NCBI GenBank assembly: GCA_965117055.1
Contig: OZ220750.1
Location: forward strand, 301,440-365,439
Length of the DNA stretch: 64,000 nucleotides
Direction of reading: 5' to 3'
Source: Alphaproteobacteria bacterium
Lineage (GTDB): Bacteria; Pseudomonadota; Alphaproteobacteria; MPNO01
Position numbers and translations under genes: made by a program. Under the pieces are notes generated by a model that made no database searches, was not told where the DNA came from, and worked only from the letters and a program-made list of their open reading frames with translations. Positions 16,223 through 25,892 of the stretch are shown here, one piece after another; position 1 is the stretch's first letter, and the number at the start of each line of letters is the position of its first letter.

Positions 16223-17401
16223 TCAAAGCTGCGGCATGATCCGTTTCATGAAGTCGTCGAAGAGCGGCACGGTGAACGCCGTGTCGCCGTGAGCAGGGCT
16301 GTAAATCATGCCCTTGGCGATAAGCGTGTTCCTCATGGGAGCCACCGTGGTGACCTTCCGATTGAGGATGTGGGCGATATCGCCCGATCGATGCGGCCCG
16401 GGTCCGAGTTCGGCCATGGCACGCATATAGCGTTTCTGGGTCGGCGTCAGCCTGTCGAAGCGCACGCGAAAAAAGCTCGCGTCGAGGTCGGCAAGCGCTT
16501 GGGTCGTCGCGCGCCGGGCGTCATCGAGCCCGATGGGAGAGGCGTCGGCGACGTCCCAGCCGTGCTTGCCCCACTCCTGAAGAAAGTATGGATAGCCGTT
16601 CGTCTGGCGCAATATCTCCGTAATCGCGTCCGGATGAAAGACGACCCCCTCCCTGGAAGCGGGCACCGTCAGGGCATCGCGGGCATCGTCGTCGTCGAGG
16701 CGATCGACGGAGGCGAATTCGAAGAGGCGCTCTGCGTAGGACTTGGCGTCGCCGGTCCTCCCGACCAGCTGGGGCAGTCCCGCCGCCACCATGGTGATCG
16801 GCAACTGGTCCTGGCTGGCGCTATGGAGCGCGGTAATCAGCGAGGCGAGTTGGTCTTCCGGTAAATATTGCAATTCATCGATGAAGAGCACGATCGCGGT
16901 GGCGCGCTCGGCGGCAGCCTTCCCGAGGGTCAGAAGGAGATCCGTGAGATCCGTATCGAGATCGCTGCTGTCGGCCAGCCCGGTTTCAGGATCGACATCG
17001 ATGCTGAATTCGACGTCCTCATACTTGACCCTCAGGGCTTTGGCGAAGCTCGCGAGCGCCCTCATCCCCTTCAGCAAATTGTCCTTTAGCGCCTCGCCGT
17101 GGCTCAAGCGCAGGAGCGTCGCACGCATGGCCGGAATCAGTAAGGCCGGCAATGAGCGCTCTTCCGGCGCTTCCATTCTGACGCTGGCGATGCCGCGCGA
17201 CTCGGCGTCCAGACGAATGCGGTTGAGCAGGACGGTCTTGCCGACACCCCGCAAACCGTAAAGGATGAAACTCCGAGCCGGTTTCCGCGCACGGATGCGG
17301 TCCAGTGCCACGGCCGCGCGTTCGATCAGCTCGTCGCGCCCCGTAAGCTCGGGGGGCGGCGTGCCGGCGCCAGGCGCGTAGGGATTCTGCCTTGGATCCA
17401 T
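16223..17401 (-). CDS. AAA+ ATPase (Arch_ATPase-like P-loop NTPase with C-terminal winged-helix/DUF234-like domain)
   Basis: Walker A GLRGVGKT, Walker B VLFIDELQ; C-terminal region with wHTH-like segment. Confidence 0.6.
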   Translation of the reverse strand: MDPRQNPYAPGAGTPPPELTGRDELIERAAVALDRIRARKPARSFILYGLRGVGKTVLLNRIRLDAESRGIASVRMEAPEERSLPALLIPAMRATLLRLSHGEALKDNLLKGMRALASFAKALRVKYEDVEFSIDVDPETGLADSSDLDTDLTDLLLTLGKAAAERATAIVLFIDELQYLPEDQLASLITALHSASQDQLPITMVAAGLPQLVGRTGDAKSYAERLFEFASVDRLDDDDARDALTVPASREGVVFHPDAITEILRQTNGYPYFLQEWGKHGWDVADASPIGLDDARRATTQALADLDASFFRVRFDRLTPTQKRYMRAMAELGPGPHRSGDIAHILNRKVTTVAPMRNTLIAKGMIYSPAHGDTAFTVPLFDDFMKRIMPQL

Positions 17402-17631
17402 TTCAAGCCATCTTACCCCGGTTTATGCAACAAAGATAATATGCAGTAAGCTCGATAAGAACGCTGAGTGACCCGTCTCGTTCCCGCCAGCGCTTTTCGA
17501 AACCAACCGTGTTGCCCGAGGCTGTATTTCGACCCGGTCGAGAAGCGGAAGGCCAGTAGCGCCGCCGCGTTGCCAGAGCCCGGCGAAGGCCGCAAGATGG
17601 CGCGCGCCGACGACCGAGAGCGAGGATTGCG

Positions 17632-18681
17632 ATGACGACGATCGATGCCGATGCCCATGTCCTGGAGACGCCCGAGACCTGGCGCTATCTGCGCGAGGAC
17701 GAGCAGGGCTACGCCCCGATGGTCGTCTCCCGCACATCCGGCGCGCAGGAGCACGGGCTGGAGGGCCAGGCGGTCGAGGAATACTGGGTGATCGACGGCT
17801 CGATCCTGCCCAAGGAGGACAATGTCGGCAGCGACACCACCGTCGACACCAGGGAAATGCGGGATATCCCGGCCAGGCTCGCACATATGGACCGGCTGGA
17901 GGTCGACATCCAGGTGCTCTACCCAACGCTGTTCCTCAGGCCGATCACCATGAAGGCGGGCGTCGAGGTGGCGCTCAGCAGGAGCTACAACCGCTGGCTC
18001 GCCGATATCTGGCGCCAGGCGCCGGAGCGGCTGCGCTGGGTGATGTCGCCGCCGCTTCTCGCCATGGACAAGCTGGACGACGAGCTCGACTTCGCGCAGG
18101 ACAACGGCGCGGTCGGCATCTTCATGCGCGGGCTCGAATGCGACCGCACGCTGAACGATCCCTATTTCTTCCCGGTCTACGAGGCGGCGCAAGAGCGGAA
18201 CCTGCCGATCTGCATCCATTCCGCGACCAACAGCCCGACGATGCACCGTTTCTTCCTCGACGATTCCGGGTTCTCGAAGTTCAAGCTGGCGACCATCGGC
18301 GCCTTCCACACCCTGATCTATCACGCGATCCCCGCCCGCTTCCCCGGGGTGCGCTGGGGCTTCATCGAGGTGTCGAGCCAGTGGGTGCCCTACGTCCTCA
18401 ACGACCTCTCGATCCGCTTCCAGAGGAAGGGCACGCCGCTCGGCGACGACGTGCTCCGGCGCAACAACATCTGGGTCGCCTGCCAGGTGACCGACGACCT
18501 GCCCTATGTGCTCGGCTACACCGGCGAGAACCATGTCGTCATCGGCACCGATTACGGCCACGCCGACACGGCAAGCGAGATCGAGGCGCTGCGGCTCCTC
18601 AAGCACGACGGGCGGGTCGAACCCCACGTGGTCGACAAGATCCTCGACGACAACGCGAAGGCGTTCTACGGGCTGGGGTGA
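17632..18681 (+). CDS. amidohydrolase-2 family metal-dependent hydrolase/decarboxylase (TIM barrel)
   Basis: N-terminal IDADAHV metal-binding signature of the amidohydrolase_2 (ACMSD-like) family; HxH...H...D pattern. Confidence 0.65.
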   Translation: MTTIDADAHVLETPETWRYLREDEQGYAPMVVSRTSGAQEHGLEGQAVEEYWVIDGSILPKEDNVGSDTTVDTREMRDIPARLAHMDRLEVDIQVLYPTLFLRPITMKAGVEVALSRSYNRWLADIWRQAPERLRWVMSPPLLAMDKLDDELDFAQDNGAVGIFMRGLECDRTLNDPYFFPVYEAAQERNLPICIHSATNSPTMHRFFLDDSGFSKFKLATIGAFHTLIYHAIPARFPGVRWGFIEVSSQWVPYVLNDLSIRFQRKGTPLGDDVLRRNNIWVACQVTDDLPYVLGYTGENHVVIGTDYGHADTASEIEALRLLKHDGRVEPHVVDKILDDNAKAFYGLG

Positions 18682-18743
18682 GGCGGGTTCCCGGCGGGCG
18701 GCCCGCGGCCTGTCAGACCGGGACTCCCCCACCTCACCCCGGC

Positions 18744-18847
18744 CCTCTCCGCCCCCAGGGGCGGAGAGGGGGATTCGTTCGCCGAACCTTCCTTACCTTC
18801 TCCCCTCCCGCAAGCCCCGGATCGCAGTCCGGGGCTTGCGGGAGGGG
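18744..18847. repeat. REP-like palindromic elements, same family as 13873-13973 but inverted in order/orientation
   Basis: ccctctccgcccc-cag-ggggcggagaggg (18744-18770) and cccctcccgcaagccccgg...ccggggcttgcgggagggg (18802-18847). Confidence 0.6.
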
Positions 18848-18893
18848 CCGGGGGAGGGTGGGCCGTCGTGAACCGACAAGACCGAGCCTGACT

Positions 18894-19484
18894 CTAATTC
18901 GATCCCGCCCCACCGCCGAGAAACGGGCGGATCGCCTCGCGGAAGGCCTCGCGCATGCGGGGGCTGTGGAGCATCTCGTAGTCGTATTCCGGCGGCGGGC
19001 CGGGCTCGACCTTGAGGCAGCCGAAGACGGGCCCCCTGGCGGCGAGAAGTTCCGGCAGCATCGCGGCGAAGCGGTTGAGACCGTCGAAGCTGTGCACCTC
19101 CGGGTACCCGGCATCGCGCGCGAAGCCGGCGAAATCGATCCGGCCCCGGCCGGGGATCGGGTGGCCGCCATTGGCCTCGTAGGTGCCGTTCTCGACCACG
19201 AAATGGACCAGGTTCTCCGGCGCCGCCTCGGCGACGGTCACCAGGCTGCCGAGGTTCATCAGCAGGCTGCCGTCGCCGTCGAGCACGACGATCCTGCGGT
19301 CCGGCAACCCGATGGCGAGGCCGAGCGCGTGGGAGGAGGCCTGCCCCATCGCGCCGACGCTGACGAAGTTGAGCGGGCTCGGGTCGATGGCGACCCACTC
19401 GAAGGCCGAGGTATAGGCCGCGACCACGATGGCGCCGCCCCGGTGCTCGGCGAGCTTCCGGAAGCATTCGTCGCGGCGCATCAT
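18894..19484 (-). CDS. TPP-dependent decarboxylase beta subunit (ComE-like), second copy
   Basis: LDGDGSLLMNLGSL...VVENGTYEANGG TPP-binding region; ATGA overlap with alpha-subunit gene. Confidence 0.7.
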   Translation of the reverse strand: MMRRDECFRKLAEHRGGAIVVAAYTSAFEWVAIDPSPLNFVSVGAMGQASSHALGLAIGLPDRRIVVLDGDGSLLMNLGSLVTVAEAAPENLVHFVVENGTYEANGGHPIPGRGRIDFAGFARDAGYPEVHSFDGLNRFAAMLPELLAARGPVFGCLKVEPGPPPEYDYEMLHSPRMREAFREAIRPFLGGGAGSN

Positions 19485-19996
19485 CGCTCGATCCTCCGGC
19501 CGATCAGCGCGACCACGGGGCGGGATTCCGCATAGGCGCGCTCGATCGCGGGCGCGAGCCCGACGACGTCGGAAGAGGTCTCGATGCAGAAACGGTCGAT
19601 CCCCATCGCGTCGAGCACTGGCTCGACGATCCGCACCCCGTAATTCGCCGACTCCGACGCGGGCCGGTCCGGCTCCTTGCCGAGCAGCCCGACCGCCATG
19701 CAGATCGGCAGCCCGTAATCCATCCCGACCGCGCGGATGGCGTTGAGCGAGTCCATCAGCCCGGTCTGCTGCATCAGGAGAACCGCGCGCTTGTCGCAAT
19801 AGGAGAGCGCGGCGCAGATCGACACCCCCTCGTCCTCCTTGCAGAGGCGGATCAGCCGGATGCCGGGGTCCTCGGCGAGCCGCCACAGGATGCCGGTGCT
19901 GGTGACGATGTCGGGCAGCGCCGCGACATGGCCGACGCGTGCGGCCTTCAACGCGTCGACGATCTCGCTGCCGCGCGGGGTGTCGTCGTTCCGCAT
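19481..19996 (-). CDS. TPP-dependent decarboxylase alpha subunit (ComD-like), second copy
   Basis: 171-aa TPP-enzyme N-terminal pyrimidine-binding domain homolog; paralogous to 11138-11656. Confidence 0.7.
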   Translation of the reverse strand: MRNDDTPRGSEIVDALKAARVGHVAALPDIVTSTGILWRLAEDPGIRLIRLCKEDEGVSICAALSYCDKRAVLLMQQTGLMDSLNAIRAVGMDYGLPICMAVGLLGKEPDRPASESANYGVRIVEPVLDAMGIDRFCIETSSDVVGLAPAIERAYAESRPVVALIGRRIER

Positions 19997-20000
19997 CCGG

Positions 20001-20753
20001 TCAGCTCTCCGCCGCCTCGATGAGCAGCGCGGCGGTCCCCTCCGGCATGGTCACCATCGCGTCATGCCCGGTCGCCAGTTCGCGGAAACGCCAGGTCGGG
20101 TCGTTCCGGATCCGCTTCGCGAGGATTTTGAAGGGCGCCGGTCCTTCCGAGCCGGTGCACAGGATATAGGTGCGCGGCAGGCCGTCGGAGCCGCCGTTTT
20201 CGAGGCGGATCGGCTCGATCTGGGTGCGCACCGGGTGCGGCGTGATGCGCCGTTCCACCCAGCGATAGGGCTCCAGCGGGTCCTCGGGGATGTCGAACAT
20301 ATTGGTGTAGTGCGTCCTGGACCCGCCATGCTCTCCGGTGAGGTCGAGGCGGCGCTTGATCTCCGCGCCGATATCCGCATCGGTCGCGTCGGGGTTGGAG
20401 ACGGTCACCGCCATGGAGGCCGAGCTGTCTCCGTCCGCCGGCACGAAGGCGTCGAGATAGACCGCATGCGCCAGCCGGTCCTTCATGCGGTCGGCGACGC
20501 CGGTGATCACGTTGCCGCCGTATGAGTGTCCGACCAGGACGACGTCGTGGAGCTCCTCCCAGACGATCGTGTTGGCGACGTCGGTGACGTGGGTGTTCAT
20601 GTCGATGTCGTGCGACAGCAGGTGCGAGCGCTCGCCGAGGCCGGTCAGCGTCGGGGTGAACGCCTCGTGCCCGCCCGCGCGCAGGATCGTCCGCACGTCG
20701 CGCCAGCACCAGCCGCCATGCCACGCGCCGTGCACCAGGACGAATGTCGCCAT
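20001..20753 (-). CDS. alpha/beta hydrolase (salicylic-acid-binding-protein/methylesterase-like)
   Basis: VLVHGAWHGGWCW and GHSYGG nucleophile elbow. Confidence 0.7.
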   Translation of the reverse strand: MATFVLVHGAWHGGWCWRDVRTILRAGGHEAFTPTLTGLGERSHLLSHDIDMNTHVTDVANTIVWEELHDVVLVGHSYGGNVITGVADRMKDRLAHAVYLDAFVPADGDSSASMAVTVSNPDATDADIGAEIKRRLDLTGEHGGSRTHYTNMFDIPEDPLEPYRWVERRITPHPVRTQIEPIRLENGGSDGLPRTYILCTGSEGPAPFKILAKRIRNDPTWRFRELATGHDAMVTMPEGTAALLIEAAES

Positions 20754-20855
20754 CTTTCCCTCCTCCGCCGATCCCCGGGACCCGCATCATTGGACCGGAG
20801 ACGGGGTTTTGGCTAGCCTTTCCGCGAGACGCCCGCGCTTCCGGGGAAGAAGACG

Positions 20856-21995
20856 ATGTTCGAGACCGCGACGATCGACCGCTCCACCTTCGACAGCGTG
20901 TTCAGGGAGGTCGAGGAGGCCGAGAGCCTGCCGGCCTGGTGCTACACCTCCGAGGAGTATTACCGGCTGGAGGTCCGCAACCTGTTCTCGCGGACCTGGA
21001 ACTTCTTCGGCCATGTCGACCAGGTGGCGGAGCCCGGCGACTTCATCGCGGTCGACTATGTCGGCGTGCCGATCCTGATCGTCCGGGGCGGGGACGGAGA
21101 GCTCCGGGCGTTCGCCAACAACTGCCGGCACCGCGGCACCCCGGTGGCGGACGGCGAGGGCAACTGCCGCGCCTTCACCTGCCCCTATCACGGCTGGGTG
21201 TACGATCTCGACGGCAAGCTCCACAGCGCGCCGGGGATGGAGCGGGCGAAGGACTTCGACCCCGCCGGCTACGGGCTGCGCGAACTGCGACTGGAGACCT
21301 GCGGCTGCTTCGTCTTCGTCAATTTCGACGACGACGCGCCGCCGCTTTCGGACTATCTCGGCAACTTCCCCGAGCTCATGGGGTCCTACGATCTCGACGA
21401 GCTCGCTTTGGTGCGCAAGCGGGTGCACGAGGTGGACTGCAACTGGAAGGTCCACATCGAGAATGCGATGGAGGAATACCACCTGCCGATGGTGCATGGG
21501 GCGACGCTCAACCCGAAGGAGATGGAGCATTCGGCGGCGCCCACCGAAGGCGCCTGGCTCGACATCCGCGAGCACCACGACGCGCACACGCGCTCGCTGC
21601 TGATCGAGGATCTGGAACACGAGCTGCCGCATATCGAGGGGCTGGAGGGGCGCGCGGCGATGGGCACCAACTATGTCTGCCTCAACCCGTCCACGATGCT
21701 CGGCATGACGCTGGATTCGGTGTGGTACCTGGAGCTCCAGCCGCAGGGCCCCAACCGCACGCGGGTGATCCACGGCGCCTGCTTCCCGAAGAAGACCGTG
21801 GCGCGGCCGGATTTCGAGGCCAAGGTGCCGTATTACTACAAGCGCTGGGACACCACGCTCGCCGAGGACAACGCGGTCGCCGCGCTGCAGCAGAAAGGGC
21901 TCAAATCGCCGCTCGCGCCGCGCGGCCGGTTCTCCCATCTCGAACCGCTGGTCCCGCGGCTCGCCCAGTGGTGGGTCGAACGGACCCTGGATTAG
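20856..21995 (+). CDS. Rieske (2Fe-2S) ring-hydroxylating oxygenase alpha subunit
   Basis: CRHRG...CPYHGW Rieske motif followed by catalytic domain; no beta-subunit gene adjacent. Confidence 0.8.
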   Translation: MFETATIDRSTFDSVFREVEEAESLPAWCYTSEEYYRLEVRNLFSRTWNFFGHVDQVAEPGDFIAVDYVGVPILIVRGGDGELRAFANNCRHRGTPVADGEGNCRAFTCPYHGWVYDLDGKLHSAPGMERAKDFDPAGYGLRELRLETCGCFVFVNFDDDAPPLSDYLGNFPELMGSYDLDELALVRKRVHEVDCNWKVHIENAMEEYHLPMVHGATLNPKEMEHSAAPTEGAWLDIREHHDAHTRSLLIEDLEHELPHIEGLEGRAAMGTNYVCLNPSTMLGMTLDSVWYLELQPQGPNRTRVIHGACFPKKTVARPDFEAKVPYYYKRWDTTLAEDNAVAALQQKGLKSPLAPRGRFSHLEPLVPRLAQWWVERTLD

Positions 21996-22010
21996 CCGCG
22001 AGGACCGGAA

Positions 22011-23000
22011 TTGCCCAACAGGGTTCGTCTCCATATCGAGAACGATTCGAGCCTCGGCGCCGTCTTCGAGGTGACCGGAGAACGACTGTCGGCGGCGTTC
22101 TCGCGCTTCCCCGATCTGGCCGAACGGGTCGACTGCAGCATCGGCTACGACTGCGCCGATTTCGACCGCCAGATCGCCGACGCCGACACGCTGGTGTGCT
22201 GGGACATCGACCACCGCAACATCGCGAAGCGGGCGCCGAGGCTGCGCTGGATCCACGCCACCGGCGCGGGGGTGGAGCACTTCACGCCGTTCGACTGGCT
22301 GCCGGACAACGTGGTCTTCACCAACAACCGCGGCGTCCACGGCGCGCGCGCCCACGAATACGCGATCATGTCGGTGCTGATGCTCAACAACCGTGTGCCG
22401 GAGATGGTCACCCACCAGCGCGCCGGCCGCTGGGAGCAGACCTTCAACACCGGCATCGCGGGAAAGACGCTGCTCGTCGTGGGCGTCGGCAGCGTCGGCG
22501 GCGGCGTCGCCGAATGGGCCAAGCGCTTCGGGATGCGGACGATCGGCGTGCGGCGGACGTCGCAGCCGCACCCCGCGGTCGACGAGATGCTGGGACCCGA
22601 GGCGCTCCTCGAGGCGATACCGCGCGCCGATTACATCATCGCGACCGCGCCCGCGACCGCGCATACCCGCCACCTGATCGGCAAGGCGGAGATCGAGGCG
22701 ATCAGGCCCGGCGGCGGCATCGTCAATTACGGCCGCGCCCGGGTGGTCGACTACGAGGCGCTGCGCCAGCGGCTGGAGCGGCGCGAGATCAGCGCCATCC
22801 TCGACGTGTTCGACCCGGAGCCCCTGCCCGCCGACTCGCCGCTCTGGCGGACCCCCAACCTGATAATCACGCCGCACTGTTCGTCCGACGATACCGAGCT
22901 CTACATCCCGCGGACGCTCGATCTGTTCTTCGAGAACATGCGCCGGTTCCTCGCCGGCGAGCCGCTTGAGAACCGCGTCGATCCGGTGCTGGAATACTGA
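22011..23000 (+). CDS. D-isomer-specific 2-hydroxyacid dehydrogenase family protein
   Basis: Rossmann GxGxxG (VVGVGSVGGGVA) and catalytic R/E/H arrangement of D-2-hydroxyacid dehydrogenases. Confidence 0.75.
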   Translation: MPNRVRLHIENDSSLGAVFEVTGERLSAAFSRFPDLAERVDCSIGYDCADFDRQIADADTLVCWDIDHRNIAKRAPRLRWIHATGAGVEHFTPFDWLPDNVVFTNNRGVHGARAHEYAIMSVLMLNNRVPEMVTHQRAGRWEQTFNTGIAGKTLLVVGVGSVGGGVAEWAKRFGMRTIGVRRTSQPHPAVDEMLGPEALLEAIPRADYIIATAPATAHTRHLIGKAEIEAIRPGGGIVNYGRARVVDYEALRQRLERREISAILDVFDPEPLPADSPLWRTPNLIITPHCSSDDTELYIPRTLDLFFENMRRFLAGEPLENRVDPVLEY

Positions 23001-23011
23001 AACAGGAAGGA

Positions 23012-24079
23012 GTGGCGCCGATGACCGCAACGATGATCATGGGGGCGTCCTACGGCTCCCTTCTCGCCATCAAGCTTCTGCTCGCCGGGCACGACGCGAA
23101 GCTGGTCTGCCTGCCCGACGAGGCGACCCTGATCAACGCGGAAGGCCAGCTCGTCCGCATGCCGGCGAAGGGGCGCGACGGGCCGGTCGAGGTTCATTCG
23201 AGCAGGCTGCCCGGGAAGCTGTCCGCCGCGACGCCCGCCGATGTCGATCCGGCCGATTACGACCTGATCGTGCTCGCCATGCAGGAGCCGCAATACCGCG
23301 CGCCCGGCGTGCGCGAGCTTCTCGACCGGGTGGCCGCCTCGAAGAAGCCGGTGATGTCGATCATGAACATGCCGCCGCTCGCCTATGTCAGGAGGATCCC
23401 GGGGATCGACACCGGCGGGCTCGACGGCTGCTACACCGACGCCTCGGTGTGGGACGGGTTCGAGCCGCCGCGCATCACGCTGTGCAGCCCCGATCCGCAG
23501 GCCTTCCGGCCGCCGGACGAGAAGACCAACGTGCTGCAGGTCAGCCTGCCGACCAATTTCAAGGCGGCGCGGTTCGACTCCGAGGAATCCACCGCCCTGC
23601 TCCGGGGATTGCAGGCCGATATCGAGGCGGCGACGTTCGACGACGGGAAAGGCGAGGTCGCGCTCCCCGTGAAGCTCAAGGTGCACGACTCGATCTTCGT
23701 CCCGCTCGCCAAGTGGGCGATGCTGCTGACCGGGAATTACCGCTGCGTCGGGGAGGGCGGGATGCGCCCGATCCGCGAGGCGGTGCACAGCGACCTCGCG
23801 CTGTCGGAAAGCGTCTACGACTGGGTCTGCGAGGTTTGCGAGGCGCTCGGCGCGGCCGAGGGCGATCTCGTGCCCTTCGAGAAATACGCCGCCGCCGCGG
23901 ACGGGCTGATCCGGCCTTCCTCGGCGGCGCGGGCGCTCGACGCCGGGGCCGTCAATATCGAGCGCGCCGACCGTCTGGTGCAGGCGCTGGCCGCCCAGAA
24001 GGGCATGCGGAACGATACCGTCGACGAGACTGTCGCGCGGGTCGATGCCTGGCTGGAAGGCAATCGGCGCAAGGCGTGA
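23012..24079 (+). CDS. ketopantoate-reductase-like (ApbA/PanE fold) NAD(P)-dependent oxidoreductase
   Basis: N-terminal Rossmann MIMGASYGSLLAIKLLLAGHD, about 350 aa; stop overlaps start of next gene (ATGA-type coupling). Confidence 0.5.
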   Translation: MAPMTATMIMGASYGSLLAIKLLLAGHDAKLVCLPDEATLINAEGQLVRMPAKGRDGPVEVHSSRLPGKLSAATPADVDPADYDLIVLAMQEPQYRAPGVRELLDRVAASKKPVMSIMNMPPLAYVRRIPGIDTGGLDGCYTDASVWDGFEPPRITLCSPDPQAFRPPDEKTNVLQVSLPTNFKAARFDSEESTALLRGLQADIEAATFDDGKGEVALPVKLKVHDSIFVPLAKWAMLLTGNYRCVGEGGMRPIREAVHSDLALSESVYDWVCEVCEALGAAEGDLVPFEKYAAAADGLIRPSSAARALDAGAVNIERADRLVQALAAQKGMRNDTVDETVARVDAWLEGNRRKA

Positions 24080-25476
24080 TGGACAGGACCCGTCAGGTCT
24101 GGCTGGAGACGCTCGACCGTCACCGCCGCGACACGGATGCCCCGGCGAACGACAGGTACTGGTCCGAAGCGCTCGAGACCTGCTCGCGCGACGAGCTGAT
24201 CGCCATCCAGAACGACAAGCTCAGGGCGCTGACGCCCTTCCTCTACGAGAACAGCGCGTTCTATCGCCGCCGCTTCGACCGGCTGGGGCTCGCGCCGACC
24301 GATATCCGGACGGTCGACGACCTTGAGAAATGGCCGGTGGTCGACAAGTCCGAGATGATGGAGGACGCGACGGAGAACCCGCCTTACGGGACCTATTCGA
24401 CCATCGGCGAGGCGGAGTGGGCAGACCGCGGCTGGATGCTGTTCTCCTCGTCGGGCAGCACCGGCGTCCCCCGCGTCTTCCGCTACACCCATATCGACCG
24501 GGGATACTGGGAGTGGGCCAACGCGCGCGCGCTCCATTCGATGGGCATCCGGCGCGGCGACAGCGTCTTCCCCATGGTCGGGTTCGGCCCCCATGTCTGG
24601 ATCTGGGGCGCGATGTACGCATTTGCGCGGATGGGGGTCGCGGCGATCCCCGGCGGCGGCATGGATGCCGAGGCCCGGGCGCGAACGATCGACCGCTTCA
24701 GGCCCACGGTGATCGCCGGGACGCCGTCCTACGCGCTCTATCTCGGCCGCACCATGGAACGGCTCGGGCTCGACCCGCGCGGCTCGTCGGTCAGGACCCT
24801 GTTCACCGGCGGCGAGCCCGCGATGGGGATCGACCGCACCCGCGAGCGGCTGGAAGAGCTCTGGGGGTGCCGGACGGTCGAGTTCTACGGCTGCACCGAA
24901 GTTTCTCCCCATGTCGGGGGCTATTCTTGCGAGGCTTCGGTGCGGCCCGGCGAGACCACGTTCACCCATCTGATGGAGGACGTGCAGATCTGGGAGCTGG
25001 TCGACCCCGACAACCTCGGGAGGGTGGAGGAAGGCGAGCGCGGGCTTACCGTCTGCACCTCGCTCAACTCCGAGAGCTCGCCGCAGCTCCGCTTCCTGGT
25101 CGGCGACTACACGGTCTACGACACCGGCGTCTGCGATTGCGGGCGGACCCATGTCCGCGCCATGGGGTCCTTCACCGGCCGCGCCGACGACCTGATCAAT
25201 TTGCGCGGGGTCAAGTTCTTTCCGAGCCAGGTCGAGCAGGCGGTGCGGTCGATCGAAGGAATCGGCGACGAGTTCGAGATCGTGCTCCGCACCAACCAGG
25301 ACGGCCTCGACGTGATGGACCTCCGCGTCGAGCACGCCTCCGGCGACGTGGCCGAGGCGGTCGGCGCGGCGGTCCGCAGCCGCTGCGAGGTCCGGGTCGG
25401 GGTCGAGGTGCTGCCGCCCGACACGCTGCCCAAGACGGAGTTCAAGGCAAAGCGCGTGCGCGACGAACGGGGATGA
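24079..25476 (+). CDS. PaaK-family (phenylacetate-CoA ligase / F390-synthetase-like) adenylate-forming enzyme
   Basis: ANL-superfamily core SSGSTGVPRV (P-loop), typical PaaK-family length and C-terminal domain. Confidence 0.65.
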   Translation: MDRTRQVWLETLDRHRRDTDAPANDRYWSEALETCSRDELIAIQNDKLRALTPFLYENSAFYRRRFDRLGLAPTDIRTVDDLEKWPVVDKSEMMEDATENPPYGTYSTIGEAEWADRGWMLFSSSGSTGVPRVFRYTHIDRGYWEWANARALHSMGIRRGDSVFPMVGFGPHVWIWGAMYAFARMGVAAIPGGGMDAEARARTIDRFRPTVIAGTPSYALYLGRTMERLGLDPRGSSVRTLFTGGEPAMGIDRTRERLEELWGCRTVEFYGCTEVSPHVGGYSCEASVRPGETTFTHLMEDVQIWELVDPDNLGRVEEGERGLTVCTSLNSESSPQLRFLVGDYTVYDTGVCDCGRTHVRAMGSFTGRADDLINLRGVKFFPSQVEQAVRSIEGIGDEFEIVLRTNQDGLDVMDLRVEHASGDVAEAVGAAVRSRCEVRVGVEVLPPDTLPKTEFKAKRVRDERG

Positions 25477-25892
25477 AACAGGCTTCGGCCGAACGCGAGG
25501 ACAGGATTGTGAAAGACACCGACTTCCCGCCCGGCGACCACACGAAGATCGCCGGCTATCACGCTCACATCTATTACGACGAAGAGACCCGCGAGACCGC
25601 CGCCCGGCTGCGCGGCCGGATCTGGGAAAAATGGGGTTTCGATATCGTCATGGGCCGTTTCCGCGACCGCCCGGTCGGGCCGCACCCGGAACCGATGTTC
25701 CAGGTCGCCTTCGACAAGGCGCTGTTCGCCGAGTTCGTGCCCTGGCTGATGTACAACCGGGACGGTCTCGTCGTGCTGGTCCATCCCGAGGCGGAGGACG
25801 CCCACGACGATCACGTCTACTACCCGCTCTGGCTCGGCGGGTTCTACGAGGTCAGGCGCGACTTCCTGCGCTCCGGGCAGCGCTCGGCGTAA
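25473..25892 (+). CDS. DOPA 4,5-dioxygenase-like (YgiD/DUF1904-type) family protein
   Basis: HAHIYYD signature near N-terminus, about 138 aa; TGA/ATG overlap with upstream ligase gene. Confidence 0.5.
   Translation: MKQASAEREDRIVKDTDFPPGDHTKIAGYHAHIYYDEETRETAARLRGRIWEKWGFDIVMGRFRDRPVGPHPEPMFQVAFDKALFAEFVPWLMYNRDGLVVLVHPEAEDAHDDHVYYPLWLGGFYEVRRDFLRSGQRSA

Noticed and set aside
17413-18732. 439-aa minus-strand ORF
   Set aside because: It is antisense to the amidohydrolase gene, which carries the IDADAHV metal-site motif.
20787-23030. 747-aa minus-strand ORF
   Set aside because: It is antisense to the Rieske oxygenase and 2-hydroxyacid dehydrogenase genes.
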